Assembly (NCBI GenBank): GCA_030526455.1
Contig: JAUNCU010000001.1
Location: 1,402-42,581 of the forward strand
Direction of reading: 5' to 3'
DNA from: Bacteroidales bacterium
Lineage (GTDB): Bacteria > Bacteroidota > Bacteroidia > Bacteroidales > Muribaculaceae
DNA: 41,180 nt
Under the pieces are notes generated by a model that worked only from the letters and a program-made list of their open reading frames with translations, was not told the origin of the DNA and did no database searches. Within the stretch, counting starts at the first letter, position 1, and each line of letters opens with the position of its first letter. The position numbers were made by a program, and so were the translations under genes. Positions 8,374 to 17,197 of the stretch are shown here, in pieces.

Positions 8374-9534
8374 TTAGTTGTTTCTCTCTTCTTCTTCAAT
8401 CGCTTGCAACACTTGCTCAAAGAGTTGCTTCAGGTCGTCGCCGAATGTCACACCTGTGGCTTTGGCATAGCGGCTAGCGATGTCGATAGGGCTCTCCGAC
8501 TTGAGTTCCTCCACGGTGAGTGTGGTTTCGGCGCTCTTGTCGTTTTCTTTCGCCTTGCGCTTTGCATTGATGATGCAGAAGCGGCACGATTTGTCTTTCA
8601 CCAACACCTCGATTTCGGCACGGGCGTCGGCGGGCAGGAAGTCGTCGATTTCCACATTCAAGCGCAGATAGGCACGGCTGTCGGCGGGGAAGTCCTTCAC
8701 CAGTTCTTTCACTTCGTCCAAAGAAGCGAATCCCGTGGTGGGCAGCGTGACCAGCGGACGAGGGTTGTCGATGTCGATTTTTCTCACCACAGGGGTGGCG
8801 TTGTGGGCGTCGATTTCCACGATGCTCACCGAGTGGGCGTAGGCTTCGTCGAAACTCACCGCGATGGGGGTGCCACTGTAGCGCACGTTGTGCTTGCCAG
8901 TGTGCACGAATTGCTCGTGGTGGATGTGCCCCAGCGCGAGGTAGTCGTAGCCCTCGCCCAGGCTCTTCACATCGATGCCTTCAATGCCGCCAGCCACGAA
9001 ATCGTGTCCGGTGGTGTCGCAGCCCATCACGGTGGTGTGGGCGGTCATCACCACGGGCAGACCGGCAGTATTGCGCTCAGCCACAGCGTCGAGCAACTGT
9101 GGGAAAAAGCCGTCGGGGATGTTGCGCTCGTAGGCGTAGGGCACCGCGGCCACAAAGCCCACGCCAGGAATCTCGATGATGTGTTCGTCGAGGTTGTCCT
9201 TGTTCAGCGTGCCAATCGTGTGCACCTTCAGCGCCTTCCATGGGGTGCGGAAAATTTCGTGTCGGGTGGCACTGTCGTGGTTGCCGGCAGTAATCACCAT
9301 CGTCATCGAAGGGTTGGCATTGTGGATGTTCACTAAAGCCTCGGTGAACATCGTCTGCGCCGCAGCCGATGGCTGTGCGTTGTGATACACGTCGCCGCAA
9401 AGCAAAAACACTTCGGGCTTCTCTTCGGCTACAATGCTGGTGATTTGTTCCAACATAGCCATTTGTTCTTCAGTACGGTCGTAATTGTAAAGCGTGTGGC
9501 CGAGATGCCAGTCGCTAGTGTGGAGAATTTTCAT
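8374..9534 (-). CDS. sbcD: SbcD (Mre11-like) nuclease
   Basis: HTSDWHLG, GDVYH, AGNHD, ALGHIH, RYSGTP..SFDE; adjacent to sbcC. Confidence 0.95.
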   Translation of the reverse strand: MKILHTSDWHLGHTLYNYDRTEEQMAMLEQITSIVAEEKPEVFLLCGDVYHNAQPSAAAQTMFTEALVNIHNANPSMTMVITAGNHDSATRHEIFRTPWKALKVHTIGTLNKDNLDEHIIEIPGVGFVAAVPYAYERNIPDGFFPQLLDAVAERNTAGLPVVMTAHTTVMGCDTTGHDFVAGGIEGIDVKSLGEGYDYLALGHIHHEQFVHTGKHNVRYSGTPIAVSFDEAYAHSVSIVEIDAHNATPVVRKIDIDNPRPLVTLPTTGFASLDEVKELVKDFPADSRAYLRLNVEIDDFLPADARAEIEVLVKDKSCRFCIINAKRKAKENDKSAETTLTVEELKSESPIDIASRYAKATGVTFGDDLKQLFEQVLQAIEEEERNN

Positions 9535-9586
9535 ATCTGATTTTTGGATTTTGTTTTTCGGTTAGTACAGATTTGTGATTGGATTG

Positions 9587-9618
9587 CAAATTTATGTCAA
9601 AGTTTTGAGATGTGCAAA
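9587..9618 (-). promoter_or_regulatory. sbcDC promoter (-7 TAAATTTG, -33 TTTG)
   Basis: caaattta 9587-9594 and caaa 9615-9618, 20 bp spacer. Confidence 0.6.
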
Positions 9619-9691
9619 TTTTTGAGCAAGTATTTTTAACAATTATGCATTTTTTTTCAAAGACAAGAGGGGAAGCAGATGATTAACCAGA

Positions 9692-9908
9692 AAAAGTTGT
9701 AATTAGGGTCAGACCCTAATTACGAAAGTTGCAAAAAAAGGCCTGATTTGCATAATAATCTGCTAAACAGGTAACTAACAAAAAAAGTTGTAATCAGGGT
9801 CAGACCCTAATTACAACTTTTGAAAAGAATTTTATTGTCGTAATTGACAGATAATCAAATAACTAAACAAAAAGTTGTTAAAAGGGTCTGACCCTAATTA
9901 CAACTTTT
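9692..9908. repeat. Array of three ~39 bp palindromes with ~90 bp period
   Basis: aaaagttgtaattagggtc(a/t)gaccctaattacaactttt consensus, centres at 9711, 9802 and 9889. Confidence 0.9.
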
Positions 9909-9918
9909 CTGAAACAAT

Positions 9919-9953
9919 CCCCCGTCATCTTATAAAAATGTAAAATGACGGGG
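9919..9953 (-). terminator. Hairpin downstream of the hicB-like gene, possible terminator
   Basis: ccccgtcat...atgacgggg 9 bp stem; U-tract weak. Confidence 0.4.
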
Positions 9954-9987
9954 TAGTGCTCATGTTCTTGTTGAGGCGATAGGTGTT

Positions 9988-10392
9988 CTAAAATTCTGCC
10001 GCTAACAGTTCGGCTGAAAATTCTTTAACAGCAGTCCTTAATTTCAGATATTGCTTTTCTCCTGCGTTTGCAACTCCAGATGTGTACTTTCTCATTAAGG
10101 AAGGGTTGATGCCGGCTCTTTCTGCAACTTTACTCACATTCAAAAAGTCGAAATAATCAAAGAATGATTTCATATCATAATGCCATACAAAGTCGATTTC
10201 TATGGGTTCCTTACCTTCCTCAACTAGCGTTTCTTGGATCTCTTTGTACGACGAGAGCAAGTCTTCCTTTGCTTTGCTGGCGCTTTCGCCATATCCAAAC
10301 AATGCGAAATCTTCAAATTCTTCTTTGCAATAGCAAGAGTAGAATCCATCCTTTGCGATTTCAACGACTACATTAGCAACGAAAGTTTTCAT
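9988..10392 (-). CDS. HicB-like antitoxin with C-terminal HTH (orphan)
   Basis: N-terminal partial RNase H-like pattern (DGFYSCY..GYGESASKAKEDL) plus HTH LNVSKVAERAGINPSLMRKYTSG; own -7 box at 10422-10429. Confidence 0.75.
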   Translation of the reverse strand: MKTFVANVVVEIAKDGFYSCYCKEEFEDFALFGYGESASKAKEDLLSSYKEIQETLVEEGKEPIEIDFVWHYDMKSFFDYFDFLNVSKVAERAGINPSLMRKYTSGVANAGEKQYLKLRTAVKEFSAELLAAEF

Positions 10393-10471
10393 AATCGGAT
10401 AAAGATATAGTTAGTTGTGTCCAAAGGTAGCAATATCGCTCCAAAGTGCAAAATATTTTGGAACTTTTTTG

Positions 10472-10894
10472 CTACTTTTTTAGGATTTTCATTTTGTATA
10501 GGGTGGCGATGGTTGTGCATAGCGTGAGGATGCCTGTCCATATTAATGCTTGTTGCCACCAGTAGAGCCGGTTCACTTCTTTGATTTCTGTTTTTGTGGT
10601 TGTCTTAACGATTTCAACTGGGCGTTCCACAATTTTCAGTGTGGTGTCGTGGGCGATTTTTACTTGGCACTTCGTGAGATACTTTTCTTTGAAAATGGTG
10701 TCTCCTTTTTGCCACACTCTCACGCTGTCGTGCACGAGGGTGGTGTCGTGGGTGAAGGTGTGGCGCCACAGGGTGTCGTGCATCACCACTGGGCGGGCCG
10801 TCGTTTCGGTGGTGGTGACGTGTTTGGTGCGGCAAGCGCTTAGTGTGAGGGCGAGCAGCGCGATTGCGAGGATTGTTGATGCTCTATTTCTCAT
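10472..10894 (-). CDS. Lipoprotein with C-terminal TM helix (unimolecular spanin-like architecture)
   Basis: Lipobox LTLSAC (Cys21); Thr/Val-rich HDT repeats; C-terminal hydrophobic ALIWTGILTLCTTIATLY followed by a Lys-rich tail; overlaps the amidase stop. Confidence 0.6.
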   Translation of the reverse strand: MRNRASTILAIALLALTLSACRTKHVTTTETTARPVVMHDTLWRHTFTHDTTLVHDSVRVWQKGDTIFKEKYLTKCQVKIAHDTTLKIVERPVEIVKTTTKTEIKEVNRLYWWQQALIWTGILTLCTTIATLYKMKILKK

Positions 10895-11528
10895 GGTTCA
10901 GATAGTTGAGGATGCCGCGCAGATGCACTTCCACGATGGTGTTTTTGCCTTCTTGACTCTGTAGCAGCGCGAGGTCGTGACGATTGGTGTAAAACAGGCT
11001 TTCGGTGAGCACGGCGGGACAGCGGGTGTGTTCGCATATGGCCAGCGGCTGCGTCCAGTAGCGCTCGGGTGGCACGCAGCGGTTGCCTTGCAGATGGGCT
11101 TTTGCGGCTTCGGCGTAGATGCTTTGTGCCAGACGCTTGCTAGCCGCCGAAGCGTTTCGGCCCACGATGGCACAGAAGCCGCGCGCGTCGCTCCAGGTGG
11201 AGCCGCTGGCGTTGGCGTGAATGCTGATGCACAGGCAGTTGCGGCTGCCGTATTGGGCGCAATACTCGTTCACTTTGGCATAGCGGTAGCGCAGGCATTC
11301 GTTGAGTTGTGCCTTGCTGAGCATAGGCTTTCCGGGGTAAAGCGGCTCGGTATCGGCCTCGTGGGTGTAGCGCACCGTGAATCCCCGCTCGCTGAGGGCA
11401 TCGCCCAGCGCTTTCCCCACTTCGCGGTTGAATTTCCACTCGTGAAAACTCCCGTCGGGGCTGCATTTGCCGGGGCAGTTGGCGCCGTGCCCCATGTCGA
11501 TGATGATAATAGTGTGTGTCATAGGCAT
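10884..11528 (-). CDS. N-acetylmuramoyl-L-alanine amidase (Amidase_3), no signal peptide (endolysin-like)
   Basis: IDMGHG, FHEWKFN, ISIHANAS, PAVLTESLF. Confidence 0.9.
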   Translation of the reverse strand: MPMTHTIIIIDMGHGANCPGKCSPDGSFHEWKFNREVGKALGDALSERGFTVRYTHEADTEPLYPGKPMLSKAQLNECLRYRYAKVNEYCAQYGSRNCLCISIHANASGSTWSDARGFCAIVGRNASAASKRLAQSIYAEAAKAHLQGNRCVPPERYWTQPLAICEHTRCPAVLTESLFYTNRHDLALLQSQEGKNTIVEVHLRGILNYLNHEK

Positions 11529-11580
11529 TAAGATTGAAAAATTATTGATACAAACGTGTGCAAAGTTATGACCAAAACGG

Positions 11581-11616
11581 CACAGCCCGCAATACCAAAA
11601 CGGCTTGCGGGCTGTG
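11581..11616 (-). terminator. Probable intrinsic terminator of the SPOR gene
   Basis: Perfect 12 bp stem cacagcccgcaa/ttgcgggctgtg; the amidase -7 box (caaagtta, 11561-11568) lies just downstream on the - strand. Confidence 0.6.
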
Positions 11617-11649
11617 GAGATGCTGTTTTATCAGTTGCGATGGGGGGGG

Positions 11650-12135
11650 CTACAGGCGCTGGAGAATGTAGGGGCGTGGCACGAGCACCTTCATCTTCAT
11701 GTATTGGCCAATGTTGCGGATGAAGACGGCCGCGGCACCCTTCTCGTCGTAGCCTTGCACCACCACGCAATATTTCTTCTCGCGATTGGTGTACACCACG
11801 TAACTTTCGAAACCCTCGTTCTTCTTCAGGCGGTCGCGATAACTGCGTGCGTTGATCACCTGGTCGAATTCGGCCACCACCACGCCATATTTCTTGGTGG
11901 TTTCATACTTGTCGTCCACCACATTAAAATAGGAGCGGATGAGGCGCACGCTGTCGCCGCCGATGATTTCGGTGGGTCGCATGCGGTCGGCCTGGGCCTT
12001 GTCGTAGAAGGAGCCGCCCATGTTGTCGCGCGTGCGTTCCTTCGCCTTATCGTAGGCAGCCTTGTAATTCTCCTCGGTAGTGTGGCAGGCCGCCAGAGCC
12101 AGCGCCATCACCATGATATAGAAAAAGCGTTTCAT
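11650..12135 (-). CDS. SPOR-domain lipoprotein
   Basis: Lipobox ALAAC, YKAAYDKAK, C-terminal YGVVVAEF..INARSYRDRL SPOR-like pattern; -7 box at 12169-12176. Confidence 0.75.
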   Translation of the reverse strand: MKRFFYIMVMALALAACHTTEENYKAAYDKAKERTRDNMGGSFYDKAQADRMRPTEIIGGDSVRLIRSYFNVVDDKYETTKKYGVVVAEFDQVINARSYRDRLKKNEGFESYVVYTNREKKYCVVVQGYDEKGAAAVFIRNIGQYMKMKVLVPRPYILQRL

Positions 12136-12311
12136 TCGTCAAATGATTTTGAGTGAATAATCAATCCACAAAAGTACAACATTTCCCGCAAAAATCCCAC
12201 CCCACGAGAGGGCAAAAAACTAAAGCAACTAGCATTGGTAGGCCTAATCAATAGGATAATTGACAGATATGTAATGATGAATGAAGTTGCATTTGGGGGG
12301 ATAGATGCTTA

Positions 12312-13691
12312 TCATTTCATAGCATCCCAGTCTGAATAGAGGGATCCACTATACATGCCACCAGAAAGACTATTGGAGTTGTTTTCTCCTTCGTTTCTGA
12401 TATGGATAAAAATATCTCTGAATGGCTTCATTTCTATGTCATCGTTCACGGTACTAATTGCCAATCCGTATGCTGTAGACAATATGGGACAAAGGCTTTT
12501 TGCGATGATATCTTCTATCTGAGGAACTGATTGAATATTCCATTCTTTTTCAGATACATGTTTTATTTCTTTAAAAGTGTCGTGCACCTCTCTAAGGGTA
12601 GAAAAAGTGCTGCCACCTCCACAATAAACGATGGGTCGATTCTTCAACGCATCATATAGCCTCATTTTACTTATTTGAGTTTGTATGCCCAGTTCGCGAA
12701 ATAAATTTCCGCTAATGTGTTGACAAATGCTGTCTATTTTTTTTGTAAAGACTTCTTTTTTTGACATGTCAATTTCGGATGCACTCTTCACATTTGAGTC
12801 GATCCCATGAGGGGCCTTTTCATCTGCGCAGGTAAGAAAGTTCAATCCCATGTTGATGGAGAAGAAGTCGTAAACTTGGGGCGTATCCTGTTCTATTGTG
12901 AAGAATGAAATATCGGTAGTACCACCGCCAATATCAATCATAAGGCTCATACCTCTTGCAATTTTCTGTTGGCTGGTTAGAGGCTTTAAGCAGGCATAGG
13001 CTTCCGGAAACACTCTAAGTTGGTACTCTTCTTTGTCCTCTTCAGAGTACTCTCTAATTTCGGTTAGCTCTATTAGTTCTTCTAGTTCTGTTTCCAAGAA
13101 TTTCTTTTTGTCATTTTTGAATATATCCTCAACCAACTTGTATGCCGAAGCAATAATACGCGTTGCTGTTTGTTTTGCAGTAGTCACGTGGCTGCTATCG
13201 GTAGGGGCGCCCATTTGAATTGAAAAATCTTGGCCAAATATATCTTCAAGGTCAAAGATGATAGAGGCTAAGTACCATATTGAATAGCGAATTGCCAATT
13301 CCTGATCTGCGGAACTGGTCTCAGTGGAGGTGTTGAAAGCCTGTTGCTTAAAATACCTAACGACATCACCTTCAAAATCGTCAGAAAGGTAACCGTAGCG
13401 TAGTCGTTTGTCAACGCCTATGCCAATAATGGATGGGATTGTGTAGTGCAGCTGTTTGTTCACTCCTTCAAATTTCACAAAAGTGTAATCTAATTCAACA
13501 CCACCTTTACTCTCGACACATACCTTTGTTTGGTGCGTACCAAAATCAAGTCCCACAGTGATCATCTTCTCATCTGACTTGACAGCCAAAAGTTCCTCTT
13601 TGTTTATTGAGGGGATCTTTACAGGGAATTCCTGAATAGGGCCGTTGGGTTTATGTCCAATTAATGATTTGATGTAGTTTTTAATGTTCAT
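12312..13691 (-). CDS. Actin/Hsp70-fold ATPase lacking the Hsp70 substrate-binding domain
   Basis: Phosphate-1 VGLDFGTHQTK, FPEAYA, phosphate-2 IDIGGGTTDIS, adenosine VYCGGGST, connect-2 STAYGLA; 459 aa; AT-rich. Confidence 0.85.
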   Translation of the reverse strand: MNIKNYIKSLIGHKPNGPIQEFPVKIPSINKEELLAVKSDEKMITVGLDFGTHQTKVCVESKGGVELDYTFVKFEGVNKQLHYTIPSIIGIGVDKRLRYGYLSDDFEGDVVRYFKQQAFNTSTETSSADQELAIRYSIWYLASIIFDLEDIFGQDFSIQMGAPTDSSHVTTAKQTATRIIASAYKLVEDIFKNDKKKFLETELEELIELTEIREYSEEDKEEYQLRVFPEAYACLKPLTSQQKIARGMSLMIDIGGGTTDISFFTIEQDTPQVYDFFSINMGLNFLTCADEKAPHGIDSNVKSASEIDMSKKEVFTKKIDSICQHISGNLFRELGIQTQISKMRLYDALKNRPIVYCGGGSTFSTLREVHDTFKEIKHVSEKEWNIQSVPQIEDIIAKSLCPILSTAYGLAISTVNDDIEMKPFRDIFIHIRNEGENNSNSLSGGMYSGSLYSDWDAMK

Positions 13692-13697
13692 ACCTCA

Positions 13698-16600
13698 TTA
13701 AATGATTGTTATAAGGTTAAGAGAAATAATTTCTTCGTTCACTTCGATATAGGAATCTTCTTGGATTTGTTCAAGACGCAGCTGCTCCTCCTTTTGGTAT
13801 TCAGCAATTGCCTTTTCATGAAATCGAATAGTGCCTTCTAACTCGCGAGCACGTTTTTCATCGGAATCCCAAAGAATCTCAATTTCATCGTTGGTACTAC
13901 GGATATATCTCCTGCGGTTCTCGATGACAGATGCATAGTATTCTTTTATCTGCAGTTCGTTGCGATGGCGTTCGCTTTCAATCTGTAGCCTGAGTTCTGA
14001 CATCCGTTTTTCTTTTTCGTCATTTAATGCCAGGGCAAAATCATATCGCATGTTTCCAATTAGATTGGAGTTTATGTACTCATTTTTTGCATTATGTTCT
14101 TTTCCGTCAGTTTGTGATTTAGCAAACACATAGCTTGTTAACTCCTCGTCATTAACTACTTCTTGCTTTTGAATATCATAAAGTATAGGAAGAAGAGTTT
14201 CTGTATGCTTTATTACTCCCAAAACTTTTCTGCTTACACGTATTTGATAAACAATGAGGTAGAAGGATTGTTCGACGCTTAGCTTTTCGTCGTGTGTGAG
14301 AGCGTAACTGAATGAATTCTTTGATTTATTGTTCGTCTCTTCAAAATATTTGAGGCAAGCCTGAATGATTGGATGATAGATGTTGACGAACATCAGCTTG
14401 GAATTATCGTATGCGATTTGTTGATTAAATGTCATACGAATGGCTGTCACGCCCTCGATTTCACGCATGAATTGTCTAAAGTTTGATTCGTGTTCATCAC
14501 CGACAGGCTGATATTGGGTTAAAAAGTTCTTAAGTATAAGAGGCTTGCTAAGTGGCAACTGGAATTCAAAGATGCCCTTTTCGGTTTCCACCAACGAGCA
14601 AGTAGTTAATTTCATTCTGATGATAGAATCCAGATAATTGTGCAGCTCTATTTCTGTTACATAGGCATTATTGTTCTGGATTCTATTAATTTCTTCTTTA
14701 AAGTAGGCATCATTTGTAAGTGCATTGTCAAGACCTTCTTCAAGATGTTTGATATTTTCTTTTTCGTTTGCAATAGCTAGTTCTATTTCTTTCAATTTTC
14801 TTTCTTTTTCTGCGTCGGTTAAGCGACTGGTGTATAACTCGTTTTCAAGTCTGTTATACACGTCTTGAATGGTCAATTTACGATTCTTTTCAAATGGAGC
14901 ATCAAGAATCGCCTCCATATCGCCAATAGTGCCCCGAAAAATGCCGATACGGTCCAGCAAACGAATGTAGATGTCTTCTTGAATGGAGTCTGCAACGATA
15001 ATGTTGTAAATATTTACTGTTGGAGATTGTTGACCAAAACGGTCAATACGGCCAATGCGCTGTTCGACCACCATTGGGTTCCATGGTAAATCGTAATTTA
15101 CCATGGAATTACAAAATTGCATATCAAGACCTTCACTACCTACTTCTGATGAAAGCAGAATGTGTGCTTTTGGATTATTCTTGAATTCATCAAGAATTTC
15201 AGTACGATTCTCAATTGAACCGTGAATCATCAGAGTTCCAAATCCATGTTTTTTGAATCTGATTTTTAGGTATTTGATGGTTTTTAAAAAAAGAGCAAAG
15301 ATTACAATCTTTTTGGTTCCATGTTTAAACACTTCGTCAATGATTCGCAGGAGTTCTTCGAATTTAGCATCTTCATAGTCAGCATACTTGTCTATGCCTT
15401 CATCAAGGCTTGATTCGGAGTTGAGATAAGCAAAAACGCTACTAGCAACTTGACGCTTCTTTTGAACAAGACCCAATGCGCCTCCTTGAGTCAACACTTC
15501 TTCTCCAAAAATGTCGATATATGAGTTGTTGTCAATGTATTCTTCAATAACTTTGTCGAAAGCTTTTCTTTCAGTAGGGGTGAGAGAGACTTTGCGCATG
15601 TGGGGCTTCCGTTCTGCCTGTGACAAATCTGTTGTTACTTCTCGCTTCCTTGTTCGCGAGAACACATTATTCATTATGCTCATTGATGAAATGAGATATT
15701 GAAGGCGAGCCCGATTCTTCATGTTGTCCTCACTGTGTAGCATGCGCTGAATTTCTTGATACATAGCATCTTCTGCGAATGCTTGCCCTATGGTGGTAGT
15801 GCAGGAATAAATTTCTTTCTCATTGGAGAAGTATCGTGTCACAAATTCTGCTTCGTCGAGTTCTTTTGCTATCTGTAGTAATGGGGTATGATGATTTAAT
15901 TCAGCAAGAGCCTCAACGAATGGGCGGTTTTCCTGTAAGCGATTATCAAAAATCTGATAATTGTAATAATGAGTGTTGTCGAGAAGGTGCAACAAGTTAT
16001 AGAGATTTTCTGTACTAATCATTACGGGTGTTGCCGTTAGGAATACTGCAGCATCTGCTTGGTTCATGATGATTTCGGCACCATTATATGTTTCGTTCCT
16101 GTTGCGCATCTTGTGAGCTTCGTCACATAATACGAGGCTAAACTTAAAACCATATTTTAAGATGTAATCAATTATCTTTGAACTACTTTTTTTCTTGCTA
16201 TTTGCTTTCTTTGCGTTGTTACCCGCTGTTCCCGTGCGTATTTTTTCATAGTTGATGATGGCATGAATTGGAGTGCGTGCATCCTGCATTTCATCAACAA
16301 GATCTTGAGCGTTTTCATAAATCTTGAAAGTCAAGCCAAATTTGAATGAGAGTTCGGCCTTCCATTTCTGTTGGAGTGACTTTGGACATATTATTAGTAC
16401 ATGGCGCAACTCTTTTCTGGCTTTCAACTCAAGCATAATATGTCCTGCTTCGATAGTCTTACCTAAACCTACCTCGTCAGCGATAAGTAATCTGCGGTTT
16501 GGTGAATTTAGGAATTTTAGAAGGGGTTTGAATTGATAAGCACGGAATAACGTCTTGGATGCTTTCAGAGAAGAAATAGTGCTGTTGTTAGAACTGCGTA

Positions 16601-16847
16601 TTTTAAATGAAGTGTTGATTTTTGAATAGTCTGAATATGAACCAAAAATGCCCTGTTCGCATCTCTCAAAAGGGTCTGAAACATCGCAGTCAGCTGTAAG
16701 GTTGACTTCAAACTCATCCGATTCACCGTAATCCCAACAGACACGATAAAGTTGCATTCCTCTTCTGGCTTGCATTACTTCAATTATTGTTCCGCGTTTT
16801 TCGGAGTTTGCTTTTACTACAGTGTCTCCTAATCTGAATTTTGCCAT
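13698..16847 (-). CDS. SNF2/RapA-like SF2 helicase-ATPase (1049 aa)
   Basis: ADEVGLGKT, DEAH, LTATP, SEGLDMQ, NYDLPWNPMVVEQRIGRIDRFGQ; C-terminal coiled coil; -7 box at 16978-16985. Confidence 0.92.
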   Translation of the reverse strand: MAKFRLGDTVVKANSEKRGTIIEVMQARRGMQLYRVCWDYGESDEFEVNLTADCDVSDPFERCEQGIFGSYSDYSKINTSFKIRSSNNSTISSLKASKTLFRAYQFKPLLKFLNSPNRRLLIADEVGLGKTIEAGHIMLELKARKELRHVLIICPKSLQQKWKAELSFKFGLTFKIYENAQDLVDEMQDARTPIHAIINYEKIRTGTAGNNAKKANSKKKSSSKIIDYILKYGFKFSLVLCDEAHKMRNRNETYNGAEIIMNQADAAVFLTATPVMISTENLYNLLHLLDNTHYYNYQIFDNRLQENRPFVEALAELNHHTPLLQIAKELDEAEFVTRYFSNEKEIYSCTTTIGQAFAEDAMYQEIQRMLHSEDNMKNRARLQYLISSMSIMNNVFSRTRKREVTTDLSQAERKPHMRKVSLTPTERKAFDKVIEEYIDNNSYIDIFGEEVLTQGGALGLVQKKRQVASSVFAYLNSESSLDEGIDKYADYEDAKFEELLRIIDEVFKHGTKKIVIFALFLKTIKYLKIRFKKHGFGTLMIHGSIENRTEILDEFKNNPKAHILLSSEVGSEGLDMQFCNSMVNYDLPWNPMVVEQRIGRIDRFGQQSPTVNIYNIIVADSIQEDIYIRLLDRIGIFRGTIGDMEAILDAPFEKNRKLTIQDVYNRLENELYTSRLTDAEKERKLKEIELAIANEKENIKHLEEGLDNALTNDAYFKEEINRIQNNNAYVTEIELHNYLDSIIRMKLTTCSLVETEKGIFEFQLPLSKPLILKNFLTQYQPVGDEHESNFRQFMREIEGVTAIRMTFNQQIAYDNSKLMFVNIYHPIIQACLKYFEETNNKSKNSFSYALTHDEKLSVEQSFYLIVYQIRVSRKVLGVIKHTETLLPILYDIQKQEVVNDEELTSYVFAKSQTDGKEHNAKNEYINSNLIGNMRYDFALALNDEKEKRMSELRLQIESERHRNELQIKEYYASVIENRRRYIRSTNDEIEILWDSDEKRARELEGTIRFHEKAIAEYQKEEQLRLEQIQEDSYIEVNEEIISLNLITII

Positions 16848-17110
16848 ATGTGGTGTATTTTTTTCTTGACGGGTGTTATGTTTTTCTCTTTACGTTATTT
16901 CTTGTTTGTGCTTGCTTGGCTGGCACAAACTGAATGTGGTTCAGAGGTGTATTAGTTGATTAACTATTACATTATTGCAAATTTACATATTTATTTGTGA
17001 AAAAAGCGGTTTGTTCATGAATTTTTATGTAAATGATGCAAAATGTGATGGTTGGAAAGTCTCATGGTCTCCAGGTATTACCATCAAAATGCCTCAGGCC
17101 GTGGCTTGAT

Positions 17111-17153
17111 AAAAAATATGCAAGCGAGAACGTAAATCCATTTTCGCTTGCAT
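17111..17153 (-). terminator. Intrinsic terminator after the AAA-vWA genes
   Basis: atgcaagcgagaa/ttttcgcttgcat stem (17118-17153) followed by a U-run on the - strand. Confidence 0.65.
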
Positions 17154-17197
17154 GGTGTTGAGCAATCACATGCGTTTACGATCGTTGTTGGCCACTG

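Noticed and set aside
9692-9908. CRISPR array interpretation of the three palindromes
   Set aside because: Copies diverge, one is flipped, the spacers share sequence, the repeats are fully palindromic and no cas gene is present
9841-12269. Identical 13-mer taattgacagata at 9841 and 12257 as att sites around the hicB-lysis-SPOR block
   Set aside because: Short and AT-rich, encloses a likely core SPOR gene, and no integrase nearby; may be chance
12312-13691. Calling the ATPase dnaK, ftsA or mreB
   Set aside because: No substrate-binding domain, no cell-division or chaperone context, divergent sequence in an AT-rich island
17142-17160. Fourth copy of the MITE-like element
   Set aside because: Only about 12 bp (tcgcttgcatgg) are shared, and they form part of a terminator stem
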